64,000 bases of DNA. It comes from Chrysomallon squamiferum. Its lineage: Eukaryota; Animalia; Mollusca. Made by a program: the position numbers and the translations under genes. The stretch lies in contig CM022665.1 in assembly GCA_012295275.1 (NCBI GenBank), positions 39,494,001-39,558,000 of the forward strand. Direction: 5' to 3'. Under the pieces are notes generated by a model. The model was not told where the DNA came from. It searched no databases and saw only the letters and a program-made list of their open reading frames with translations. Shown here in pieces: positions 43,393 to 62,188 of this stretch. Position 1 is the first letter of the stretch, and each line of letters starts with the position of its first letter.

Positions 43393-44165
43393 TCAAACAA
43401 ATGATGGGTTATCCACTCCAAACCACTGGTACGAAGCCTTTCTTCTCCTGTAACAATAACAGTCATCATTATGATAACAAAAGCTAATGAACAGTAATGA
43501 ATATAAAGCATGTAATAATAATATATTTCAAAAAACACAATATATACGTTATTTTCTTTCTTTAAATATATATATTTAAACGCTAAGTGGAGTGAAATTA
43601 TTTGGTTATTTTAAAGTTTTCTATTTAATATTCTTTTCTAAAATGTACAGCGGAATTAAGTGAAGGGTTAAACTAAATAAAGGACAAAAAAAAAAAAAAG
43701 AAAAAAAAAAAATTAAACCAAAAAAACCACACAAAACCCCAAAACAACAAACAAACAAAAAGTGTAAGAAAAACAGATATTGTCAGCACCTTACAAATAT
43801 ATAGAGGGAAGATAAAATGAATACGAGTAAACCCCATCAAAATATTTATCTTTCTGTTGTTTATGTAAACTTTGTCTTTTTCAAAACACATCATCATCAT
43901 CAGTCCGTTCTGGATCGAGGACGCAAATGGACATGTTCATCACGGCGAACACTAAGCGCCACCTAGTGGCGTTTACGAAGGATTGAGTTGCTGTGGCGTA
44001 AATAAAGATAAGAAACTGTTTCATCTGTACCTGACACACCTATCGCACCTTCAACCCCACCCTAGTATGGCAGTGACAAGGATTCATGGATCGAGATGGA
44101 TGTCTAACACTGAAAGAACATCACTCAGTGTAAAACCCTTAGATTTTATTAATTTTTATTTTATT

Positions 44166-44216
<51 letters not shown>

Positions 44217-44258
44217 TTTTTTTTTTTATTTTTATTTTTATTTATTATTATTATTATT

Positions 44259-44292
<34 letters not shown>

Positions 44293-44810
44293 TTTTTTTT
44301 TTTTTTGAAGGACTGAGTGTATGAAAATAACCTCCAGGCAACTGGTGACTCACTGACAGCAAATATAATTAGGATCTGGGAAATGTCCAGAGAGGAATGA
44401 ATTAGTGGGACTGACAGTTTCGCACAAGTCGTAATGGGGTAATTTTAGATAAAACATAAAAGAGACTCTGAAACTACACGAACAGATTCGACAGACAAGC
44501 ATTCAGAGGTACAGATGACATCAATATTTCGGTAAGCTGTCTGAGAGGAAATGGAAAGTTATTCTTTTATTTTGTACAGATCTGTACATGTTTTCGATTA
44601 TATAATAAATAATGAAAGAAAGAAAGAAAGAAAAGATAATAATAATAATAATAAATAAATAAATAAATAAATAAATATCAATAATTATAATAATTACCAT
44701 ATAATCATAACTGCCGTTAGAATAAAGGCAGTGAACACCACCACACCAATCACAGAATTTATAACAATTCCTGTTGAGTCTTGACCGGGTTCCACAACCG
44801 GTTGTGCTAA

Positions 44811-44904
<94 letters not shown>

Positions 44905-46982
44905 TGATAATGATGATGATAATAATAGTAATAATAATAATAATATGATGATGATAATGATGATGATAAGAAGATGCAGACGAAGACGAAGAAAATGAAG
45001 AAAAAGAAAAAGAAGAAACATAATGATAATGAAATAAATAAATCCCATTAAACACATACAGTTCCTCCTTACTGGTTTATCAAAGGCCTTAATATGATTT
45101 CCTAGTCTATGAGAAGGTGAATATTAAGGATACATTACAGCTAATGATAATGGACCACTGGTCTCTTTCGTTTGCCGCTACCTGTGTATCTTCAAATTAA
45201 AAATATGAGTATGTAATTCATCAGAAATATTTTTTTCTTTTTCCATTTTGAATACTTCAGCAAACTACAAATTTCTGGATGGGACATGGCATTTTCAGCA
45301 TCAAAAATCATATTCTCTATGGCCAGATTCAAAATTAACAAAGAATCTGTCAATAGTTTTTGGGCAATAAAAACCTGATGACCATGGAGTGTCTGTATGT
45401 GTTTATATCTTTTTATTAGTACATGTGATTGACAGTGCTTGTTTCTTTGATTATGTGTGTGCATATGTGTTTGCCTGTAGGTGTGTGTGTCTTCGTGTAT
45501 GTGCGTGTATTACGAATAGACAGCAGCTGTAACTGACCACAGTCTGGTTCTTGGCACTCGGTTGACACTGTAACGGTCGAAGCGCCAGGACAGGTGCCGG
45601 TGCCATCAGGCGAGTTGCACATTCGAATTTTCGTTTCAGTACGCACACCAGTTCCACATGTAACAGAACATGGCCCAGTTGTTGAATACCAGTTGCCCCA
45701 GCCAGTGTCTATCAGTAAAAGTGTTTATGAATTATAACGAAGATTTTCTAATTGTCTTAGTGGTAGCCAGTGTATTGGAATAAAATAACTTTAGTGAAGC
45801 CAAAATTTTCCGTCCTCTCATAACTTCCATCCTCTCATAACTTCCGTCCTCTCGTAACTTCCCTCCTCTCGTAACTTCCGTCCTCTCATAACTTCCGTCC
45901 TCTCATAACTTCCGTCCTCTCATAACTTTCGTCCTCTCATAACTTTACACAAACACTTGTATATTCTAATAACTTAAGCCTCGTTGGGAACACAGAATCA
46001 CTTGTTAAAATGATATTTTAGACATCCTACCTGCACACTCTGTAGTCTTGCACGTATCCTCCCTGTTTTGTTGAGGGCTGCCCTGACAGTAATTTCCACC
46101 ATGTTGCGGAAGAGGATTGTTGCATTTTCTACTAGCAGACACCGATTTATAACCCCAGCCACAAGTCGCACTGCACTCACCGTAATGGACTGTCCAAGAA
46201 CCCCAACCGCCATTTACAGCTTCAGAACGAAAAGGGAAAGAAGAAGAAGAAGAAAAATATATAATAATAATAAATATATGTTCCTAATCTATTTGCGTTT
46301 CAGATCAAACGTATGCCTCAAAGCTGAATTAACATGGTTTGTTGGTGCATGTATGTGTGTGTGTGTGTGTGTTGTGTGAATATATGTGTATGTGTATGTG
46401 TGTATGCGTGTTTGTGTGTGTATATGTGTATGTATGTTTGTGTATGTGTGTGTGTGTGCAATAATTTTCAAGCCTATAAATATCTTCTGTGAAGTTTTGA
46501 TCATCAAAAGAGAACAATAATTCACCCAGTCTTGTGGTTTATCAAAGATCCCTTGCAACTAATAATAGGTAATTGTGGTTGTTATTTATTTATTTATTTA
46601 TTCGTTTATTTTTTTTTATTTTTTTTTTTTTTACCCATAACGCATTTTTAATAATAGATAATAATAATAATAATAAAAAAACAACTAACAAAACACCTCT
46701 CAAATGCCTTCAGGTAGTCTAGTTATTATTCAATTATAGGATTTTTAAATTAAAAAAAAAAAAAAAAAAAAATGTCTTTCTATATCTTTTCCATTTTAGA
46801 TGCTTCAGCCTATTACTAGTTTCTACACGGGACATGGAACTTCCAGTGTCAGAAATGATACACGAGTAGATAAAATTAAAACATTAAATCTTCCAGTGAG
46901 TACGAGAAGGACTCTTCATGATAATTATGGAGTCTACATTTGTAGATATCTGCGTATGGCTGAGCGTAGACGTTTGTTTCTA

Positions 46983-47034
<52 letters not shown>

Positions 47035-48883
47035 TAACATTGTGTATGTACAAATTGTAAATGTGTATACAAGTGTTTAAGTAACGTATTGTAACTAACG
47101 GCAGGGTCCAGCTGTGCAAATCAATGATGATGTTCGCACTGAAACACCGGGGCAGGTCCCATTGCCACCAACCACGTTGCATTTTCGTGTTTCACGCTTT
47201 ATATGTGAACCTGATCCACACGTAACAGAACAAGGCTCCCATCTTGAAAACCAAATACTCCATTGAGTTTCTACAAATAAAAGTGTCAGTAAATTGTAAA
47301 TCACTGTTTCTTGTTTTCATACTGGTAGTCAGTTAACTGGAATAAAACAGCTACAGTAGAATAAAATAAAAAATCATTTCACTGATAATTATTATGCTGA
47401 GCAAAGAACACAAGATAATTTAATTCAGTGATTCCGATATCCTACCTGCGCAGTCTCCTGTCTTGCACCAGCCCTCTGTGTCATTACGACTTATACCAGG
47501 GCAGTTGCTTCCACCAGTACAGGTCCTCCTAACGTACACTTTTCGATAACCCCAACCGCAGGACGAAATGCAGTCACCATAACTGATTGTCCAAGCATTC
47601 CAGGTACCATTATCTGCTGCTACCATCTTGCTGGCACGAGGGATACCCCTAACTGGGCTCTGCCGGGCAGCTGCAGTTGCAGCTGTAGTCGTACCTGTCA
47701 CTCTAGACACAGCAGTGGCTGTTGGCACATCTGTAGTTGCAGACACACGTGAAAATGTAAGCTCATCAGACACTGCTGACTCACCAGAAGCTATACCCTC
47801 ATCAGAATCTGAAGGCTCACCAGAAGCTATGGGCTCATCAGAGGCTGTAGGTATATTTTTCAAATGAAAATTGAACTTAATGATCAAAATGGTAGTGGTT
47901 AATATATATGTATGTAAACACAAACATACTGACAACATGTAAGATCAGACGATATGTAGAATGCCTGAATACTTCAGGAAATAAACGCAGTGACTGATTT
48001 TTTAAAGGTAATTTATAGACACTTTGCTTAAAATGAAAACATCATTAACAACAACAGAAAGTCTGTAATATATACAAGATGTGTATGTATATTTGTATAT
48101 GTGTGTGTGTGTGTGTGTGTATGTAAGTGTGTTGCAAATAGATTTTGTTTTGTTATTTTTGACAGAAGAAGAAAAAAAAAAGAGGGGGCGATATTTTCAG
48201 AAAGATTTTGTTTTTGATCGTGGAATTTACGAATTTTGAAATTTTATTATATATATTTATTTTTTAATATTATTTTTATTTATTTATTTATTTTTATTTA
48301 AAAAAAAAAAAAATAATAATAATTTATATATTTATTTATTTATTTATTTTATTATTATTATTTTTTTATTATGTAAGAGTTTGCAGAAGCATCGAGTAAT
48401 AAAACTAACACATTCTCTGTGGTAGAACACTGGACTCAGTTGTGATTTGTCACAGTATCAGTCAAACGTGGATCCTGCATTTCATCAGCATCTGTCTCAT
48501 GCCATTATTATAAACGAGAATGAGTGACAGTAATAAATGTTAATAACAAAATGAGCTGAGGGGTGTTACCTCCTGTCCTGGTTTTCTGGTAAAGCCAATA
48601 AGAACGTTTTCTACAAGATGCAGGTTTATACCTAACTAGTGTTACCAACAGTAACTCCAAAGATGTCATTTTTAGGCCGTACGCTTAGGCCACGTTTTAT
48701 CAGCTATTGACCAGAAGGCTACTAATGTCTACTTTTCAGGCTTCCGAGTTACTTTTATTAATTACGAGAAAACAAAGGGATAAAAACTCATTCATTCAAC
48801 GTACCAGTAACATCTGAATGCACGTTCAACTGCATGAAACAGCAGCTGAGCATAATAACACGGGCAATGTTTATCCAATCCAT
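43393..48883 (-). CDS. Type I membrane protein: signal peptide, S/T/A-rich segment, 4 TSP1 repeats, TM, NPxF tail (390 aa; TSP1 gene A)
   Basis: Exons: 48883-48805 (MDWINIARVIMLSCCFMQLNVHSDVT); 47844-47446 (ASDEPIASGEP...TTTAATAAA followed by a TSP1); 47270-47100, 46219-46031 and 45708-45538 (TSP1, two containing CSVTCG); 44806-44698 (TM IVINSVIGVVVFTAFILTAVMIIW); 43447-43393 (RRKASYQWFGVDNPSFV*). Splice sites are canonical and the 1173-nt frame is open. TM and tail exon lengths (109 and 55 nt) are identical to gene B. Confidence 0.85.
43955..43972 (-). promoter_or_regulatory. CTCF-consensus site
   Basis: The minus strand reads CGCCACTAGGTGGCGCT, matching the CCACYAGRKGGCR core, in a CpG-containing patch of the last intron of TSP1 gene A. 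Confidence 0.5.
44812..44944. repeat. (AAT)n microsatellite forming the 3' end of the intron before the TM exon of gene A
   Basis: Long AAT tract; source of the poly-N, poly-L and poly-I ORFs. Confidence 0.95.
45808..45945. repeat. 17-bp minisatellite x8
   Basis: Unit TTCCGTCCTCTCATAAC repeated 8 times with few substitutions; intronic in gene A. Confidence 0.95.
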
Positions 48884-51277
48884 ATCATCATATCTTCTAC
48901 AGTATCTATGAAATAAGAAAGTTTTCAAACCGTTACTAAACATACTTGAATTAATATGGTGATGACGTTCTTTGACATCGCAAACTAATAATGTATTTTT
49001 ATTTACCACTGTACAGTATTTTGTTATCTAAGATAATGCAGTGAGAAAAATATTTTTATTTAACATATTATAAATTAAAACGTTACTGCTTTCATTATAA
49101 ATTTCAGTAAATTGTTTTACTTTAACGACGGTCTTGTATCACTGTCAAATTATGTTGTGCACAGAAACAGTATAAATATATTTTTTGCTTATGTGTCACT
49201 TGTCACAGAGATCTTCAGACCATCAAGAGTACTGTTTATGTTGTCGTCGTAGGATCATTTGAGGTATTCTATCGGTTCTGTTGTTAAAAGTAAGTGACTG
49301 CTCTGTTGATCTGAATAAACATTATCCGTATCTTTACGTCTCATGTGATATTTTTTACATTAAATCTCAGACTTAATACTTACTTGCGTTCTTCTTTAAA
49401 GAGATCACAAAAACAAACCAAGTTGATCTAGGAAAGGCAAGGCGTTCGGTTTGTCTTGGTGGCTTAAATTACATGCTTCGTTTACACAAAATTCCGGCAC
49501 TGGATATCACAACGTGTACTAGTTTTTCTATAAAATACAATTTCATTGCTTTCTATTAAATACATTTATTAATTTTAATGTTTAAGGGTTTCACAAATAA
49601 TTATGCCAGCAGTTTTTAATATTTATAACTTATAATTAAAGATTGCGCGACGTGTTTGTAATGTCATTCTGGCCGCCATCTGAATTAGCACCAAGTGCGC
49701 TGTTTTATATTCTAAGTACAGGTACCAGATGATTTATTCAAAAGCATATTTTGTTTTTCTTACAAAGTGAACTGCGGACACGAGTCATATCTTATAAGCA
49801 TCAGCCAGTAGGTGTCAGGACCAGTCACCGTGGTCGATACACACGTTGTAACTTAGTTTATTTTTGCTTTTTCTCGCCATGATTTTTTTGTGGTCATTAA
49901 ACGGTAAAAAATCAACGGCAATCATATTTAACAGATACAGAATTATACGCTTCTAAAGCCGGTTTTCTGGTCTGGTACCTGTTCAGTGCAATTGGTCATA
50001 TTGATAACGCGTAGCATCTTCACTGGTCCCGGGATATAACATACATGATATAGGAAAGCAAAACGAGTCCTATCTTAACGCTGTTTTCTTTGAATAATTC
50101 CGTTATAGTAAGTTATGAGAAGTTAAAATAACTACGAAATTACCTATAATGGTATATTTCAAATTTGAAAAAAATAAAATAAAATAAAATAAAATAATAA
50201 TAATAATAATAAGAAGAAGAAATAAGAATAAAATAAAATGTATTCTTATTCAGCAAAAATTCCCAATATTAAATGAATTAACTGAAATGTTTAAAAACTT
50301 TTAAAGCATATTATCATAACTTTCAGTTAGGATAAATTTTATATAATAATAATATTATTAATAAATAAATAAATAAATAAATAATAAAAAAGAAATTTAA
50401 AAATCTGTACTCTTAACTTAAATAAGAATTCGTTCACCTTACTTTGAACTATTCAGTTTACTAGTCTAAGTTAACCAACCAGAAGTTCAAAATTTAGGTT
50501 TGACGTCATTATAACGTCAGAGACTGATTACCATATATGTCCGCCCTGCACAGATACCCGCGAACGAACAAATGAGCATGCAATATGTACCACAATAAAA
50601 AACAACATTTTTTCTTTCCAATGCACTGTGCTGTTTTTGTATTGAAGAAAGCGTGCGATTTTTTTTTTTTTTTTATTTTTTTTTTACGAATCATGTCATT
50701 TCATTTACAGACACAGCGTAGTCTACCTTCCTACGCGTCGTAAAAAGTACACTTAGTTCCATTTCAGCCCTTCCCGCGTTTTTGCCAGTCACACAAAGAA
50801 GGCTTAACATTAGTCTCATTTGAAAGCGCATGAATTTCCCTTCAAAACTATTTTTTTCCGTTTTTTTTTGAACCCAGCAACATTTTGTTTCGGAACTCAG
50901 TCTTTTGCCTCCCTACCCCGCCCCATCAATCCTACTCTACCGAGTTGGTAACATCTCTTTACACAGGTCTTTTAATTCTGGAATGAAAATAAATATTTAA
51001 AAAAAAAAAAAAAAAAAAAATTAAAAAAAATGTAACTTTAATTATGAAAATAGGATTATATTTAGGCATTTTATTGTTATTTTAAAGTTCTGAAAGAAAA
51101 CAGTCAGATGTGAGATAGGGATGAATGTGGGGAATAAAATTAAACAGTATCTACATATTAAAACGCTTGCTTGAAATATGTGCATTTTCATGCTTCTGTT
51201 TATAAATTTGTGAAACATGAACTGGCAAAATCAGGACTTTCAAAACGGTGTTTTTTTAATGTTTTTTTGTTTTTTGT

Positions 51278-51318
<41 letters not shown>

Positions 51319-52364
51319 TTACTGAAAGTTTTGAGAACGTTATCAGCCATAACCAAAAGAGAAACATTTTGTCTTGTTCTGTGACTTTTTTTTTGTAAAA
51401 AAAAAGGCAAAAATTTAAAACTAATAATAAAAAAAAAAAAAAAAAAATAAATAATAATAATAATAAAAAAATACGTAAACAAAATAATAATAATAAGTAC
51501 TGTTATTGTTTTAGGATGAAGTTTTCATTATATATTCAATTATAAACACTGTAGAGTAATAACCTATTAAATAAAAATAATCAAATATATAAATAAATGT
51601 AATAATAATAAAAATAACAACAACAACAACAATTTTGATAATAAAAACTGTAAAAAAAATAAATAAAAACAATAAAATATTATGTCATATTTTGAAAAGG
51701 ACAATAACAACAATAAAAAAGAAAGGTACAAAACGAGAAAACATGGGTAAAAGATGATATTGATAATAAATAATAATAATTAAAAATAATAAAATAAAAT
51801 AAAATAAAAATAATAGTAAATATTTATTTTGCATAGAAATGTAACCGTTGACCGAAATAAGAGCTCGGTCGTTAACGTATAAAATTCGGTGAAACAACCT
51901 CAATATCCAGTAAAAATAAATAAATAAATGATATATTATAGAACTATAATAAAAATAATTAATTAATAATAATAATAATAATAATAATAAAATAATAATA
52001 ATAATAATAATAAAAATAAAAAATTAAAACAAAGTTAAAAATACAAAAATAAAAAGATTAATAAAATTCTGTAATAATAATAATGATAACAACAGTATAA
52101 ATCTTGAATCAGCACATAGTTTATTTTATTTTGTGTAAACGTAAGCATAAACTTTTTTGTTTGCTTTAGAATACAAAAATCATTTGAAGTTCATAAAAAA
52201 ATTGTCAGGAACATTATCATAAAAGTTTATATAATATCAACACTATTTTTACGTCTTTATCTTTTTTTTTTTTTCTCAGTGTTTTCTGACATCTGAGTTA
52301 CAAAGTTGCTAATTGATCATGATAGTTCAATATATGCACGCGTGTGTATGTGTATGTGTATGTG

Positions 52365-52443
<79 letters not shown>

Positions 52444-52751
52444 TCGTGCAGAAAAATATAACGCATACAACAAAAACATATTTTTCTTCTTAATCAGCCA
52501 ATGTAAAACTTTCGTGTCAATCTCTCCCTGATTGTGCATGTATATGTAAGTATCTGAGTACACGTTTGACGAAAAACCACAGCAGAGCGTAACACCAACT
52601 TTTAAATAGCTAAAACCGCAACAATAACATTTTTATTGAACAATATGTAATCTGATAACATATATGCAAAATATATAACAGTTGTTCGTCTTCAAGACCG
52701 CGATGTAAAACACCACTTGGTTGCGTTGACACTGATGGGCTCTTGCTGCTG

Positions 52752-52782
<31 letters not shown>

Positions 52783-52989
52783 AAATAAATAAAAAAAAAA
52801 AAAAATAAAATAAATAATAATAAAAATAAAAAAAAAATAAATAAATAATGAAAAAAAAAAAAAAAAAAATTAATAATAATAATAAGAAAAAAAAAAAAAA
52901 AAAATAACAATATTAATAAAAAAATTTTTTTTAAAAAACAAACAATGTAAAATAAAATAAAAAAATTAATATATATATATATATATAAT

Positions 52990-52990
52990 G

Positions 52991-53021
<31 letters not shown>

Positions 53022-53117
53022 AATAAAAAAGAAAGTTAATTTTATCAGTGATATTATGGCCAAATGATATTTTGGAATAGATTATAATCTAGAATTATAA
53101 GTGGAAGGAAATTATAA

Positions 53118-53148
<31 letters not shown>

Positions 53149-53237
53149 AAATAAAATAATAATAATAATAATAACAAAAAATTTAAGAAAACAACAACAA
53201 CAATATTTAAAAAAAATAAAAAAAAAAAAAAAAAAAA

Positions 53238-53277
<40 letters not shown>

Positions 53278-53413
53278 AAATGAAAAAAAAAAATAAAAAA
53301 AGAGTTCATTTTATCAGTGCTATTATGGCCAAATGATATTTTGAAATAGATCAAAATCTAGAATTTTAAGTGGAAGAAAATTATGAAAAAAAAAAAAAAA
53401 AAATAAATTATAA

Positions 53414-53479
<66 letters not shown>

Positions 53480-53690
53480 TTAAGAAAACAACAACAATAT
53501 TTAAAAAAAATAAAAAAAGGAAAATAAAATAAAAAATGTATATATATATATATAAAAATGAAATAAAAAAAAATAAATAAATAAAAAAAGAAAGAGTTCA
53601 TTTTATCAGTGCTATTATGGCCAAATGATATTTTGAAATAGATCAAAATCTAGAATTTTAAGTGGAAGAAAATTATGAAAAAAAAAAAAG
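52990..53690. repeat. Tandem repeat, about 270-290 bp x3
   Basis: An ~80-bp core (GTTCATTTTATCAGTGCTATTATGGCCAAATGATATTTTGAAATAGATCAAAATCTAGAATTTTAAGTGGAAGAAAATTAT) occurs near 53035, 53304 and 53596, separated by similar A/AAT/TA low-complexity spacers. Confidence 0.9.
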
Positions 53691-53781
53691 GAATCATATG
53701 TAGTCAGTGACACTAATTACGACCACAAAGTTAAGAAAAAAATAAACAGTAATAAAATATAACGTCATAAACACAATAGTA

Positions 53782-54278
53782 TTATTTGTATAGTACCGTA
53801 CCGCTGTAGTCCTTTCTACCACAAGTTGGGAGAGAACTGCTACGTCTAGCATAGTTTTTTCGATAGACCCAGCCGTTTCTCAAAACGCTATTAGCGTAAC
53901 TGATTGTCCAAGCACACCAGGCACCATCTACAGCTGAAATTTCAAAACATGCTGCATCAGAGAAAGGACTGATTTCTAACATATCTACATTTTTTTTTCC
54001 TTCTTTTTAAATAGTTTCATTAAACTGTAATTCATATTTTGAAAGACAAAATGTAGGGTAGGTCGGAAATAAATAAAGTTTTATTTCCAAGTTACCATTC
54101 TCCGGGGCAAGGATGTTGAAAACTTGTATAACAATTCCTAATTATCTAACACTGGAAAACAATGGTTGTAATGGTGCGTTTTTTTTATTCATATATTGAG
54201 ATACCTACCAAAAACGACATCAAACCACAGACAATAGAAGTTCCATCGAATTACGTTGATAATCTTCGTCCAAGACAT
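53782..54278 (-). pseudogene. Truncated, degenerate third TSP1 paralogue (gene C): signal-peptide exon plus one TSP1 exon lacking its canonical cysteines
   Basis: Exon 54278-54209 (MSWTKIINVIRWNFYCLWFDVVF, phase-1 gtagg donor) resembles the MxW signal exons of genes A and B. Exon from 53933 reads AVDGAWCAWTISYANSVLRNGWVYRKNYARRSSSLPTCGRKDYSGTVLYK*, homologous to type-A TSP1 exons but without the conserved Cys and with an early stop. Confidence 0.6.
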
Positions 54279-56134
54279 GTCACTAATTGTTTCTTTAGAA
54301 ATATACACAGATATGAAATGAAAAAGTTATAAGCAAATTTAATTTTAAAAATAATTAGTTACTGATTTAAAACTGGCTTAAGTAATAAAGTAGATAAACA
54401 TTTTCGTTTGTCGGAATGTCGATTGTAAACGATACTGATATTCATGGTTTTCTCACCTTTCAAATAGAAAATTCTGCCTTCAGAAGTTGTAATTTTAATC
54501 TTTTTAAGTTGGCTTTTATTATTTCTGTCTAAAGTGGCAGAAGTGAATAAACACGTCATCGGGAGGGGTGAACACGTCACCAAGAAAGCAGGTGCGCGTT
54601 TTTTCAACTCGTGAAATCGGCGGCAATCGCTAGATAAATTATAGAATTAATTTTGCATGTTAAGATTAGATTATTCTCATTAAAAGGCTTTCTTTATTTA
54701 TTTCCAAAATTTTATTTTACCGGAATAATAAAAAAAGAAAAAAAAAAAAAAAAAAAAAAATAATAATAATAAAAATACCGAAATAATAACAATAAAAAAA
54801 TACCGAAATAATAATAAAAAAGTAATAAAAATAAAAAATAAAACATAATGAGGAGGGTATATATTGCAACTTGCAGTGCAAGTTTTCCGTGAGGGATTTT
54901 TGTTAATCTCTAAATCAGACTTGTGAGGAGCAGATAATAATAATTAAAAATATATATTACCCACGTAATTCAGGTCTATCCTAACAATTTCTAAATAAAG
55001 GTCGCATAAAACGTCATCAATTCATTGACGAATATATATATATATGTGTGTGCGAGTGTATGTGTTTATATATATATATATATATATAAACACATACTCA
55101 CACACATATATTGGTTTTGTTATCTTAACATAATGCCACAAGTGTTGTTTATGAGAGCTTAGTAAAATATTGAATTATGGTGGGAAAAAAAAAAAAAAAA
55201 AAAAAAAAAATTGGTAGAAGTATAACAAATGCTTGGTAACAAACGTATCTGGGTTACTTATCTGAAACCTTTTTGGAGCAGCAGAAAGTGATGTATTACA
55301 AATTTTGTTTTGCATAACCCAAAACACTTATGACCCCAGGCATTTTTGATGCATGACACTATCTGGCTAAACACATTAATACAACATTCCAGGTTGTAGA
55401 TTAATTTGATTGATTATAAACACTTTAAAGAGTTTTCAAAACGGTTAAATATTATTTATTTTGAAAGTGGAAGTAAAGGGCATCACACTTTTAAAATAAT
55501 TGTGTATTACGTATGCATTTCTGTAGCATTTAATTAACATTTCTTTTCAGCATTTATTATATCTCTGCTAATTTAAATTTCCATGAGTAGTTTTAAGCAA
55601 TTCTAATCACAAAAACAATTTGGTTGTCTAATCTATGCAGTCAAAAGTGGTCTACACTATTTCCAACATTATTTTATATTTTTGTCAGCACAGTAATTTA
55701 TATTCTTTGGGCACATCTGTTACAGTTGAGAGAAATAAAAAAAAATTATTTTTTTAATTCAAGTGACTGAAATAGTCAAAACTTAATTTTGTTTTTAAAA
55801 AAGGTATTCTAAAAGGTACGATATCATTATTCATCAAGACCACATTATTTCATTTAAAAATAAACTTCAAAACCACCACCATCAAAATATAATTACATTC
55901 CGATCTTATATGAAAACGAAAAAAATGATGAAACATTGACATTTTTTGTTGTGATTTATGAAGATTCCATGCTTGCTGTTAAACCACATCATGTGTTTTG
56001 CCTATTTTCAGCTTCCATATTCTGTTTTATTCTATGAAATTTTCATGAATTAAGGTAAACCAAAATAAAAAAAAAAAAAAAAAAAAAACAAACAAATGTT
56101 ACAACGTATATCCAATATGGACTTTAATCAAAAG

Positions 56135-61169
<5,035 letters not shown>

Positions 61170-61944
61170 TGTGACACCTGAAAAAAAAAAAAAGTTTTCA
61201 TAAAACTAATGTTAACTATTTTGCAACTTAGGATTCTTTCTCCGATTACTGAAACAAGCCAAAATAGATAATTTATCAAATGGTCAAGTACTAGAAGTTG
61301 ATCTGTTGATATACTTTTAATCCATTTTTCTCCCACTTTTTTGTTCTGTATTTTTTTTATTATTAATTGCAACATTCATTCTAATTTTATCAGTTACATT
61401 ATCCAGTTTTGGATTCTATTGAAACTGTTTCCAACAAAACAAATTAAATCATTACATGATATGTTCAATCAATGAATAATGAACGATCTACTAGTTAAAT
61501 CATTAATACTGCGATAATACGAGTTAGTTACGAGCAGCATGGCAGCATGTCCAACCATGCTAATATGATAAATATCAATAAGGAAACGTGCAATACAACA
61601 ATGACCAGTATAGTTTTCACTTTCTGTTCACATTATCATTACTTTTTAAGTGAAGTATTTTTATTTTGTTAATACACTTTGTTGTCTGTAAAAATATGTA
61701 AAATATTATGTCCGGTTATTCAAACATTCAGTACTTATTATGAACGATTATTCAGCGTAACGTGATAGTTAAAACAAGAGACTATATTAACATCTAGACA
61801 TTACCAACTTATTATTCGTTTAGCATAATTTTAGTGCTGTTAATATAAACCATATCTAGTAATGTCGTTTCATTTTAAAAGAGATACTATTGTTAATACT
61901 GTGAAAAAACAATATTCTAAGAGCGGTTTCAGCATAACACGCAC

Positions 61945-61976
61945 CTGTCCCAAACAAGGCGGAAGAGGATAAAAGG
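61945..61976 (-). promoter_or_regulatory. RPS27A: RPS27A non-coding first exon with a TCT/5'TOP pyrimidine tract
   Basis: The minus strand reads CCTTTTATCCTCTTCCGCCTTGTTTGGGACAG|gtgcgt: a pyrimidine-rich start typical of ribosomal-protein genes followed by a donor. The acceptor of the ATG-containing exon is at 61177. Confidence 0.7.
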
Positions 61977-62188
61977 ACGACACATGGCTTTCCACGGGGC
62001 AGTTAGCCTCGCCATTGGACTTGATTAATACGTTTTAATTAATAACAAATATTTCAATGAAAAATTATGAAAAACTTTAAGTATATATCTTTTGTTAAAC
62101 ATTTTGTAATTATAATCTCTTTGTAATATTAAAATACATTAAGATACTGTTAGAGGATAACTTTGCGGAACGATCAATTTCCGGTGTC

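Noticed and set aside
44521-45057. 178-aa poly-Leu, poly-Asn and poly-Ile ORFs
   Set aside because: (AAT)n tract; only 44698-44806 is coding, and in a different frame.
48570-48669. Alternative first exon for gene A (MTSLELLLVTLVRYK...)
   Set aside because: Poor signal peptide. Exon 48883-48805 matches the paralogous signal exons, and the homologous block in gene B does not keep this frame or donor.
52760-53646. Phe/Ile/Leu-rich membrane-like ORFs
   Set aside because: Poly-A/AAT low complexity inside a tandem repeat.
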